Of a stretch of 64,000 nt of DNA, positions 15,624 through 24,058 are shown one piece after another. Within the stretch, counting starts at the first letter, position 1. Each line of letters begins with the position of its first letter. Position numbers and translations under genes: made by a program. The notes beneath the pieces are model-generated. The model was not told the DNA's origin. It did no database searches and saw nothing but the letters and a program-made list of their open reading frames with translations. Origin of the DNA: Flaccisagitta enflata (taxonomy: Eukaryota); NCBI GenBank assembly GCA_965153355.1, contig OZ231126.1, positions 16,616,001 to 16,680,000 of the forward strand. The letters run 5' to 3'.

Positions 15624-15780
15624 TTAACACAACAAGTAAAAATACAAAATGAAAGGTACATAAATTTAATTTTAGAAAATGAAATTATATAAAATTTAGA
15701 TATAAACATAAGATTAAATACTTACCACATTCCAGATTCCAATCTATCCCAAATTAGCTCTCGTTTTCCGAGGACGTGAC
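718..15780 (-). CDS. fus (ESRP1/2): Fusilli / epithelial splicing regulatory protein (ESRP family), partial: internal exons 15780-15726, 15403-15296, 13134-12956, 818-718
   Basis: GT-AG exons with compatible phases give [148 protein letters not shown], i.e. qRRM1 and the start of qRRM2 of ESRP/fusilli. The 5' and 3' exons are not in this window segment. Confidence 0.93.
2073..3002. repeat. Direct tandem duplication, 491-bp period, bounded by (CT)n microsatellites
   Basis: Identical 61-aa ORFs at 2248 and 2739 (offset 491); unique sequence 2073-2511 is repeated at 2564-3002. Confidence 0.95.
4010..9476 (+). mobile_element. DINE/HINE-like non-autonomous element with internal 10-bp satellites, interrupted by nested insertions
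   Basis: 5' GCGACTCTACAACCCGCTTTGTCC followed by (GGTC)n; (AGTCATTYTA)n and (ATAGGTAATT)n arrays; 3' CGCACGCGACTTATAGGTGTTGGCCTTATTTT, which matches the reversed end at ~58608-58640. Confidence 0.6.
4691..6147 (-). mobile_element. Internally deleted pogo/Tigger (Tc1/mariner) DNA transposon
   Basis: TA|CAGTGGG...CCCACTG|TA termini with TA TSD. Minus-strand remnants read [21 protein letters not shown] (~5650-5710; pogo DDE C-terminal motif) and QSIITNFF (~5095-5120; PIP-box-like tail typical of Tigger transposases). Confidence 0.75.
9679..11029. mobile_element. hAT-type MITE carrying nested repeats
   Basis: TIR CAGCGATGGC / GCCATCACTG; 8-bp TSD GTTCTAAG at 9671-9678 and 11030-11037; subterminal TTACG repeats. 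Confidence 0.75.
11380..11664. mobile_element. hAT-type MITE
   Basis: TIR CAGCGCCATATGG / CCATACGTCCCTG; 8-bp TSD ATGAATTG on both sides. Confidence 0.75.
12524..12847. mobile_element. hAT-type MITE, CAGGGGTGTATA family
   Basis: TIR CAGGGGTGTATATAGTTGAG / CTCAACTTTATACACCCCTG; TSD CTTTTAAA/CTTTTATA; related copies at 34769-35066 and ~63750-end. Confidence 0.75.
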
Positions 15781-15803
15781 CTGAGTTGATAAAAAGATGA
15801 GAG

Positions 15804-15883
<80 letters not shown>

Positions 15884-16532
15884 ACACACACACGACTATG
15901 ACAGCGCGTCATTTGTAATTAGGAAAGCGTCGCGGCTGGATTGTTCCAGTTGAAATTTCACTTCACGATACAGCCGCTTTACTTGTGTATAGCCATGGAC
16001 GTAAAACTATGAGACTTTCCTGCGCCTTGTTTTGATCAACAAAGACTTATCAGAACAAGGCCATCACCCGGAAATCACGTGCGGCATGTGCGCTTTTGAA
16101 ATCGGTGTACCACTCAAAATTCATACCTCATAATTCATAAATTACTAAAAAAGCCTCAAAATTCTATAGCAGAAATGGAATGGACCAACCATCCAGATAT
16201 CCCAGGGTCCTGTAGAGGCCTATACACCCTATACAAAATGTAGGGGCTCGGGCTTCAGGAAGGCCCGGAGGGCCCTTCAATTATCACAGAAATGAAAAGG
16301 AAAGAAAAAGAAAAAGGGATAAAAAAGAAAAAAAGTTTTTTTCTATTTTTGTTACAGATCAAACTACTTAGTTCAACACTTGGATTTTCTTTTTCAAAAA
16401 ATTTGTACAGAGACTGAGAAGTAATCCATGTAAAAACTACAAGTGCTATTATTACAGCCGGCAATCACGCTAAAACTAGAGGGGCCCGGATTTTTGGATT
16501 GTACTATCTTCGCCAAAAGAAACGCGACACCC

Positions 16533-16542
16533 NNNNNNNNNN
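16533..16542. other. Assembly gap (10 N)
   Basis: N run; truncates Gypsy pol inside RNase H; sequence left of the gap is not pol-like. Confidence 0.99.
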
Positions 16543-18960
16543 CCGGCGCTGCGTTGACGTCAGCTTTTTCGATCCATAGCTGATGACTTTCTCCTTGCCG
16601 TCGACTTTCTGCGTGAGCACGTAGCCAATGGCAGATAGGGACGCGTCAGACTTGACGATGAATGGCTTGGAGAAATCAGGGTAGTTCATCACCTGATCGG
16701 ACGTCAGAATGCGCTTTAGAGTCTCGAAAGCTATTTGATGTTCGTCGTTCCAGACCCATTCCGCATCATCGTGCGTTAAGTCCGTTAAGGGCTGCGCGAT
16801 TTTGGAGTAGTCTTTGACGAATTGGCGATAGTAACCCGTTAAGCCAAGAAATGTCTTCAGCTTCTTGGAGTTGGTTGGCGGGTTCCAGGCTCTGATTTTG
16901 TCAATATTTGCAGGGTCTGGTGACATCCCGTCTTTCGACAGCAAATGCCCCAGGCAGACAACAGAGTCCTGTGCAATACTGCACTTCGCCGGATTAAGCT
17001 TGAGTCCAGCACGCTCAAGAGCTGTGAGGACTTGGTCGAGATAGAAGATGTGGTCTTCCATTGTGTTGGACGCGACGAGGATGTCGTCGAGATAACTAAG
17101 AACATGCTGCGGCGGAAGGCCTCGCAGCACGAGTTGCATGAGAGCGCAGAGGGTGCTTGGCGAATTTTTGGCACCCATTGGGGCAACCAAATATTCCAAG
17201 TGCATCGATTCCGTGGAAAATGCAAAGTACTTGCGATCCTCGGGATGCACCGGAATTTGCCAGAATCCTTTCGTCAAGTCGAGAGACGTAAAGAATTCTG
17301 GCTTGTCAAGCTTTTGCAAGGAGTCCTCGATCCGCGGGAGAGGGTACACTACCTTGTTGCACTGCTCGTTGATTTTGCGGAAGTCGGTTAAGAAGCGCCA
17401 GCCACCAAGTTTCTTTTTCGCCAGAAGGATGGGCGCCGAGAAGGGGCTGGTGCTGTGAGCGACCAAGCCATCGGCGATCATTTCGTAGGCTTGGTTATCG
17501 ATGACTTCGCGCATTTCAGGTCTTGTTCGGTAAGGAGGTACGTTGATTGGAGTCATGTCTCTATCCTTGAGATTGGCGCGGTAATGGATCAAGTGAGTTT
17601 TTCCATAGTCGCGGTCATGGCGAGAGAATGCTTTCGCATGATCAATCTCCAGAAATTGTTTGAGACGAGCTTTGTAGGGGAGAGCTCTTTTAGAAAGCTT
17701 TGTCCAATCCAATTTGAGCCTTTTTGCCCCAGGCGGGATACTCATATCCGGCGACGATGGGAGGTCAGGCTGCTGATTGGAGGGGGGAGCTGGAGGAGGA
17801 GCTGGAGGAGGATCGGGAGGAGGAGGATCTGTTGGAGGGGGGGTATCTTGAGGAGAGCAAGACGCAGCGGGACGCTTTGCCTGTGCTGAGGGGGGAGGGG
17901 GGTCACACACGATCTCCTCCAAGTCTTCGTCGTCATCGTCGTCAGCATTGGCGTTGAAATCGACGGCTTCACTATCAGCGCTGGGCGGGGCTTTAGCTTC
18001 TTCTGAAGGATCGGCTCCATAATGACAGAACATTTCGGTTCTGACTACGCGCGATGTCAAGTCGTCCTCGGTGTAGAACTTGGCGTAGCCGAGCACTCTG
18101 CCACGTTCCATTTTGATTGGATATTTATGAGCGTTGATGACTTCTGTTGGGAAGAGTCCATCTTTCACTATGCTGACGCATCGATTCGCCCACAATTCGC
18201 TGGATGCATTGTTGAATGGCTGGGTTTCGACAATGTTGGATATGCATTTTATGTCGTTGAGCATCGCTTCGACCTTGCACACCGTTTTGCTGTTTGCGGG
18301 CACCACGAAGTCTTCAAGGACCCTGTAGTAACATCCGCTGATTTCGGACGTGTCCTTGATGAGGGGGGTTGAATCGCCGTACCTTGGGAACTCTACAGTT
18401 CCTTTGTCAGGATCGAGAAAGGCACCACAGCTTGAGAACCAATCCCAGCCCAAGAAGATGTCTTGGACCAGTCCTCGAACCACACGAAAGTTTGTTGAAT
18501 GGAACCGTCCATTAATACGAAACGCAACATTCACGATCCCGAGGGTCATGACTTTGGATCCGTTGATGGCGGTGCCACGGGTGGTGAGGGGCCTGTAGGG
18601 ACGAGTTTGCAAGTGTGGAGATCGCAGGAAGAAATCTTCGGACATGGCGCTTTTCGTGCAGCCAGTGTCGCCAATGACGCGTTGTTGAATTCTACGCTTA
18701 TTCACCTTATTCACACGAATATGTACATAGAACTCGGCTTTATACCGAGGCTTCGGATCAGACGGGGGACCGCGGGAAGGTGGAGGTTTAGGAGGAGGAG
18801 ACGGAGAGGTATCGGGCGAGGAGTTGGGATTTTTGCGGGTTTTGCGGTTTTTGCGGGTTTTCGCGCGGGAAGGACGGCTATCTACAGGGCTATTTACATT
18901 CGGGGCCTCATTTTCAATTCCGACATCAACGGGCCCCGGGGCTGAGTCGGGTTCTAGTTT
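16543..18960 (-). CDS. pol: Gypsy Pol (protease, RT, N-terminal RNase H), predicted to be expressed by -1 frameshift; truncated by gap
   Basis: Frame open from the slippery site through IGDTGC (protease), PPYR...SPFSAPILL...WRFLTDFRKIN...YPLPRIED...LDLTKGFWQI...PMGAKNSP...YLDDILV (RT) and PFIVKSDAS (RNase H). Confidence 0.93.
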
Positions 18961-18963
18961 CCC
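18901..18963 (-). promoter_or_regulatory. -1 programmed ribosomal frameshift signal (G GGA AAC + H-type pseudoknot)
   Basis: Heptamer at 18963-18957 directly before the gag stop; 6-nt spacer; stem1 CCGACTCAGC/GTTGA(T)GTCGG; loop CGGGGCC can pair with downstream GGCCCCG; pol is in the -1 frame. Confidence 0.85.
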
Positions 18964-20237
18964 CGACCATAGCCCACGGCACCCTGAGACTCCTCTTCGT
19001 TGGAGTCCTCAGAGTCCTCGTCTGCGGTTTCAATGGCCCGGTATTGGTCGTTCCGATCGGGACGATCGTTCCGACCACGGTTGCCACTGTCGCGGGTATT
19101 GCGGCGGTCGTCGCGAGGCTGGCTACGCTGATCGTTGCGGTCATCGCCGCGTTGGTTCCCATTGTCGCGGCGGTCGTCGTTGCGACGGCCAGGTTGGTTG
19201 TTGCTGCGACGGTCATCATTGCGGCGGTCATCATTGTTGCGGCGCTCACCTCTGTTGTTGCTGTTGGAGCGCGAGTTGTTAGAGCCACGGGACCAGCTGC
19301 GGTTGTTGCGAGAGCCACCCTGGTTTTGGCGACCTTGGTTGTAGCCACTGTTGTTGTTGCGTCCACAATCACCCGACGGGTAGTTGGAGCGAGAATTACT
19401 TTGGTACCCACCACTTTGGCTCCCTTGGCGTTGAGCTCTTTCAAGTGCTTCAATGCGGTCCACCAAGCGGCGGTTGGAAACTGCCAGGTTCTCCAACTGG
19501 GTGGTGATTCCAGCCATCGCAGTTTCGAGGCTGGTAGCGCGATCCGGATGCAGACTGGCGCTGGCAAAGGCGACTCCTTGTGCTGGATCACCGTCGGTCG
19601 CTTCGCCATCGTCGTCGGCGGTGGATAGCTGGTAGCGGAGTGCGACCTCCTTTGCCATTTCCAGCGTACGATTGTTGGCCGGGCAACCCATGTCGATGAT
19701 TCGACGCATCGGCTTTTTGAAGGCGTTGCGGAAGCGGAAGAAGTACTCCCGCGTTTTGAACTCATCCGGCATCTCTTTGTCGTACCGGTTGACGGCTTGG
19801 ACAACACGAGCGGCCAGATTGTGGAACGACTCCTTGCCGTCCCACTTGATGGTGGTGTACTTAGCCTGCCACTTGTAGCGTTCTTGGGGATCAATGAAGA
19901 GCCCAATGAGTTCTTCCTTAAGATCGGGCCAGACCGTGCTCGTCGCTTGGAGGTAGGTCACGTAGGCTGAGGAATGCAGTTTCAGAGGTAGCCACTCCAA
20001 GAAGAGGCTGCGGAGAGTTGGAGTGTCACGCACGTTGGTGGCCAACTTAACTGCCTTTTCAAAAAGTTCCACCCATTGTTCGAAGTCATCTTGACTGGCG
20101 TTGAAATCCCGTACATTGATGCTTGATGCACCTCTTTCCAATCGTGACGGGAAGGCAGGGGCGGCTGCGGCGGCGGCCCTAAGGGGGTCGTTGGGATCCA
20201 TTGCATCATTAGCGCCGTTAGCACCTTGACCTAGCAT
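18954..20237 (-). CDS. gag: Gypsy Gag, 427 aa
   Basis: ATG in AAAATG context; capsid-like DFNASQDDFEQWVELFEKAV...WPDLKEELIGLF...ESFHNLAARV; basic RNDDRR-repeat C-terminus without a CCHC knuckle; directly upstream of pol. Confidence 0.85.
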   Translation of the reverse strand: MLGQGANGANDAMDPNDPLRAAAAAAPAFPSRLERGASSINVRDFNASQDDFEQWVELFEKAVKLATNVRDTPTLRSLFLEWLPLKLHSSAYVTYLQATSTVWPDLKEELIGLFIDPQERYKWQAKYTTIKWDGKESFHNLAARVVQAVNRYDKEMPDEFKTREYFFRFRNAFKKPMRRIIDMGCPANNRTLEMAKEVALRYQLSTADDDGEATDGDPAQGVAFASASLHPDRATSLETAMAGITTQLENLAVSNRRLVDRIEALERAQRQGSQSGGYQSNSRSNYPSGDCGRNNNSGYNQGRQNQGGSRNNRSWSRGSNNSRSNSNNRGERRNNDDRRNDDRRSNNQPGRRNDDRRDNGNQRGDDRNDQRSQPRDDRRNTRDSGNRGRNDRPDRNDQYRAIETADEDSEDSNEEESQGAVGYGRGN

Positions 20238-20388
20238 TTTGCTGTGTTGGATGTGCGAAAATTACAAAAGATTTCACCGAGGATATCACACAAACCGTTC
20301 GAATGAAAGGGGATCCAGACTGAGCTTGGGCCGTCTCAGTTACTGAATAATGGGGGGGGAAAAGGTTTGACAAAAATACTCGGCGGAT

Positions 20389-20700
20389 TTAAGCGAGGGA
20401 GAAGAGGCTACGCAAGCCACGTAGCGCGCTGTTGTCGGATTCCACAACGTAGTCACAGTAGTTAAGCAAATTCGAATTGGCTCGAACGGCGTATCTGAGA
20501 GCTCGCACTTCCAATTCAGTAGTAGACCACTGTTGACGCTGTTGCTGGGTTAGAGTTTTAGAACCAAACGAAACAATGCGTTCCTCTCCTTCGATTCTGG
20601 CGGTCAACACAAAGCTGAAGGCGGTGCGGGTGGTGTGAATTTTGACAATTACTGGGAAGGCACTGGGCATGGCCCTTGGGTTGATGTTTTGGCGTGACAT
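20389..20700 (-). CDS. Stand-alone RNase H-like ORF (103 aa from ATG), probably catalytically inactive, in the Gypsy leader
   Basis: PVIVKIHTTRTAFSFVLTARIEGEERIVSFGSKTLTQQQRQ aligns without gaps to Pol PFIVKSDASLSAIGYVLTQKVDGKEKVISYGSKKLTSTQRR (18/41 identical by hand count), then continues WSTTELE...VVESDNSAL. Confidence 0.75.
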   Translation of the reverse strand: MSRQNINPRAMPSAFPVIVKIHTTRTAFSFVLTARIEGEERIVSFGSKTLTQQQRQQWSTTELEVRALRYAVRANSNLLNYCDYVVESDNSALRGLRSLFSLA

Positions 20701-20852
20701 ATTGATGACGAAAGAGTCCGATTTAGATTTCACTATTCGATGTTACGAAACCAATTACACAAAAAGGCGGAAGGCTGTCGGGATAAAGACACACGCGGAA
20801 AGGCACAATGGTGATGCGTGGTTACAATGGCAAAGATTACTTACGACGTAGT

Positions 20853-20981
20853 TCACAGCCAGTTTTCCATCGCCATCTTCTTGGTTTCTTTGGACTTCTT
20901 CTTTTCGCCTTTTTCGTATGCAGCTTTGACGGCTTCTTTAAACGCTTTGCGCCATTCTTCGAAGTCGTCTTTTCCGTCCAT
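20853..20981 (-). CDS. 42-aa mini-Gag ORF (copy of capsid N-terminal helices) in the Gypsy leader
   Basis: Hand translation: MDGKDDFEEWRKAFKEAVKAAYEKGEKKKSKETKKMAMENWL*. DDFEEWRKAFKEAVKAA matches Gag DDFEQWVELFEKAVKLA (10/17); start context ACAATGG. Below the ORF-track length cutoff. Confidence 0.65.
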   Translation of the reverse strand: MDGKDDFEEWRKAFKEAVKAAYEKGEKKKSKETKKMAMENWL

Positions 20982-21793
20982 TGTTAATAAGCTGCCTTAC
21001 CTCTAGATTGCACTTGTGGAGGTATCGTGAATAGACGGAATTGTCGTGATAATTAGAAAAAGTGGGGTTTATGCGTCATTGAATAAGGGGGGGATCGTCA
21101 TAAAATGTCCGTAAGAACGGGTCGAATGAGAAGCTAAATTCTGTTAGAGAAAAACGTGGCTTTAAATGATGATACGGTATGCCAGTCTCATCGCCAAAAG
21201 AGAAAGAGGAAGAACAGATGGGTAGCAATTCCAAAGAGGGGGCTTACAGACCGTGGGCTGATCCGACTACTTCGGCCTGTCAGACACTGTCAACCTAGCA
21301 ACAATGCCCTTTCTCTTCGTCGGGAGAGCACTAAACAGCAGAAAGCAAGTCCAGACTGTGGAAAGCTGGGAAAGGGGGAGAGCCTAGGATCGAGGGGGGG
21401 GCAGTCCGTGAATGCAGAGGCAGGCTTACACACTCGAACTGGACATCTGCTGCCACGAACAATGAAGTTCCCAGATGTGCGCGACACAACCGAAGGGGGA
21501 GGAGGGGAAACTGGGATCAGAGGAATATGCGGGGGGAGTGGGACCACAACCACGTCACTTCCAACACAGTTTCCACACCAGCCTTCGGGACGAAAACTGG
21601 AGTGAAAGGAAGACTGTCCAAACAGCTGGGCAGAGGGGACCAAACGGGGGGTTGGGACAGCTGTTGAACACCCAAGTAGTGATCCTGCTGACAGCACCCT
21701 CAGAACCAATCTAAAGTTGAGACCGGCGGGGCAGTACCTACAAAGAGGGGTAGGGACTTACAGGATGGGGGGCCACTCAAGGGGTAAGAGAGG

Positions 21794-21803
21794 CGATGCA
21801 CCA
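21794..21803 (-). promoter_or_regulatory. Primer-binding site, probably tRNA-Gly(GCC)
   Basis: TGGTGCATCG one base after the LTR end; complementary to the ...CGATGCACCA 3' end I recall for arthropod tRNA-Gly(GCC). Confidence 0.6.
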
Positions 21804-21804
21804 A

Positions 21805-22176
21805 TATAAGTGGCTATTCTGGGAGGATTAGCAACTTACGTGAATGCATGAGTCCTTGGCATTCTGTATCATCGGCGGGCTTATCGTCATTAGTTCTATG
21901 CCCATGCTAGAGTCAATTCAGTATAAGTGTCTGTCATCTAGAGAGGCAAATAGAACAGGCTATGATTATATGCACGGACGATAGTTAGTATAGTTAGGAT
22001 GGATACTTAGTAGGATCATGCAGTTATTAGATTATCCGTATATCATTAAAGCCACTAATGCTAGGCTGAATCTATAACTGAAGATAGCAAAAGGGAATGA
22101 AGGCATGCAAAGTAATATGCGTGGCATGCTAAATAATATCAAGCGTGAATGATTAGAAGCATGAAAAGCCATTACA
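21805..22176 (-). repeat. 5' LTR (372 bp)
   Basis: Starts TGTAATGGC and ends GCCACTTATA (imperfect terminal inverted repeat), followed by the PBS; no second LTR is available for confirmation. Confidence 0.7.
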
Positions 22177-22227
22177 GGGAAGCAGCTAATAGCGGGATTA
22201 AGCATGCACAAAATGTACTCCTACACC

Positions 22228-22940
22228 ATCTTTCTGCCTTTCCATCTTTCTGCCTTTCCATCTTTCTGCCTTTCCATCTTTCTGCCTTTCTATAATTCTG
22301 CCTTTCTATCTTTCTGCCTTTCCATCTTTCTGCCTTTCCATCTTTCTGCCTTTCCATCTTTCTGCCTTTCTATCTTTCTGCCTTTCTATCTTTCTGCCTT
22401 TCTATCTTTCTGCCTTTCTATCTTTCTGTCTTTCTATCTTTCTGTCTTTCTATCTTTCTGTCTTTCTATCTTTCTGTCTTTCTATCTTTCTATCTGTCTT
22501 TCTATCTTTCTATCTGTCTTTCTATCTCTGCCTTTCTATCTTTCTGCCTTTCTATCTTTCTATCTTTCTGCCTTTCTATCTTTCTGCCTTTCTATCTTTC
22601 TGCCTTTCTATCTTTCTGCCTTTCTATCTTTCTGTCTTTCTTACTTTGTCCTTTAGTTTTTCAACTTTCATGCCATTCCATTTTTCTTCTGCCTTTTTAT
22701 TTTTCTGCCTTTTCCGCACATTTCTGCATCCCACATCCTTCTGCCTTTGTTTTTCTACCTTAATCTCTATTTCTATCTGCCTTTCTATCTATCTGCCTTT
22801 CTATCTGCCTTTCTATCTTTCTGCCTTTCTATCTTTCTGCCTTTCTATCTTTCTGCCTTTCTATCTTTCTGCCTTTTGTTTCTGTGATCAGCCTTTCTAT
22901 CGTTCTGCCTTTCTATCTTTCTGCCTATCTTCCTTTGTTC
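22228..22940. repeat. Pyrimidine-rich 16-bp tandem repeat (TTTCYATCTTTCTGCC)n
   Basis: Visible periodicity; produces spurious LSFCLSIFLPFY ORFs. Confidence 0.9.
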
Positions 22941-23062
22941 TATAATTTTTCATGGCATTCCATTTTTCTGCCTTTCCCGCATCTTTCTGCTTCTCCATCT
23001 GACTATCTCTTCATCGGAGGCTGTAGTTGTTTGGTCGTTAATTTGCCTCGATTCTTGGCTAG

Positions 23063-24058
23063 GAACGAATTATTCCCAAATCTTGGTTGACTCCACTCTT
23101 CCCCGCTCAATGGCATCGGCTGCTTCGTTTGGAAACCGAGGTGGATATCGGGCCGTTGGACTTGCCCACGGATGACTTTCGCCGATCATGTTTACGCTGT
23201 GGGCGGATATTACTCCAAGACGTGGACCATTGTTGGCGATGGACGGGATTCCATTTTGGAGTTGATCTTCTCATTTCCTACCAGAAACGTCAAATCACCG
23301 TCAAAAGAAACACCGGAAGTCACAAGTGCCCGACTTCGGTTTCGTTACATCCTCAGGTAGGCCTATATCATTGCGGGTTATCAGACGTACTGAGATTTTC
23401 CCAATTGTTTTATTATTCCGCAAAGGAATTCTGGAAGTAAGAAGCCTGTTAGGAAACCAATGCAAGTAATTAGTCAGAGCAGTGTCTGCTCGGGGTAAAA
23501 AAAAGATGGGACAAAAAATTGGCAAAATCACTCTATTTTTGGAACGCAATTTAACTATTTGCATCTCGCCATCTTTTTTTCTTTTTTTTTCAGCGTAATC
23601 TGATGCTCTGCATTTCCGTGGTTTCTCTCGAGCCCCAATCTGGTCGCATTCTTTACGAAAAGTCTTCGGCTGTAACGGGACTGTCCTTAGCCCCCGACGA
23701 AGAACGCGTCTTTCTCAGCATCGAGCGACACGCACCTTTCCCGCTTCACGTCTCTGTTAAGATGCTGTTCTTCACTCCAACTCCAGAAGACTTGAAGTGG
23801 TACGTCGAGCAAGATGTGGAAGAGGAAGAGGAAAACGGGGATCCTATTATCGACGTCGATGAGATGGTTGAAAGTGACAACGTTTTAGGAGAATCGAATG
23901 CCGACGAGACTCATTTGGGCGATCGGCCCTCTTCTTCATCTTCTGTACGGAAAAACCTTACGTTAGCTTTTGAGGATGGAGATGATGATGCCTCGATTGG
24001 GGATTCTTCCACGCCCTCCATTTCGCGCTCTCGCATCCGAGATCTTCGAAAAATTTGA
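23063..24058 (+). CDS. gcl (GMCL1): Germ cell-less (GMCL1) homolog, last two coding exons 23063-23356 and 23594-24058
   Basis: ERIIPKSWLTPLFPAQWHRLLRLETEVDIGP...CLRCGRILLQDVDHCWRWTGFHFGVDLLISY...KRNT...SVSLHPQ|RNLMLCISVVS...FPLHVSVKMLFFTP matches the GCL C-terminal domain (RCGR...CWRWTGFxFGxDL); phase-0 GT-AG intron. Confidence 0.9.

Larger units (their letters stand above)
16543..22176 (-). mobile_element. Ty3/Gypsy LTR retrotransposon, 5' portion (LTR, PBS, leader with accessory ORFs, gag, pol PR-RT-RNase H start)
   Basis: Domain order PR(DTG)-RT(YLDD)-RNase H; intact gag; LTR and PBS upstream; integrase and 3' LTR lost in the gap. Confidence 0.93.

Noticed and set aside
1990-15890. ORFs made of (LS)n, (ER)n, poly-F/S and FFLS repeats
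   Set aside because: Translations of (CT)n, (GAA)n and (TTTC)n microsatellites.
16504-16532. Pol C-terminus VSRFFWRR in the ORF track
   Set aside because: Translation across the N gap into unrelated sequence.
18926-19906. 326-aa ORF overlapping gag in another frame, and antisense ORFs over gag and pol
   Set aside because: No recognisable domain; explained by GC-rich, repetitive gag coding sequence.
21290-21709. 139-aa leader ORF as a third accessory gene
   Set aside because: TTG start with no methionine, and no similarity to element domains that I can see; more likely structured 5' UTR.
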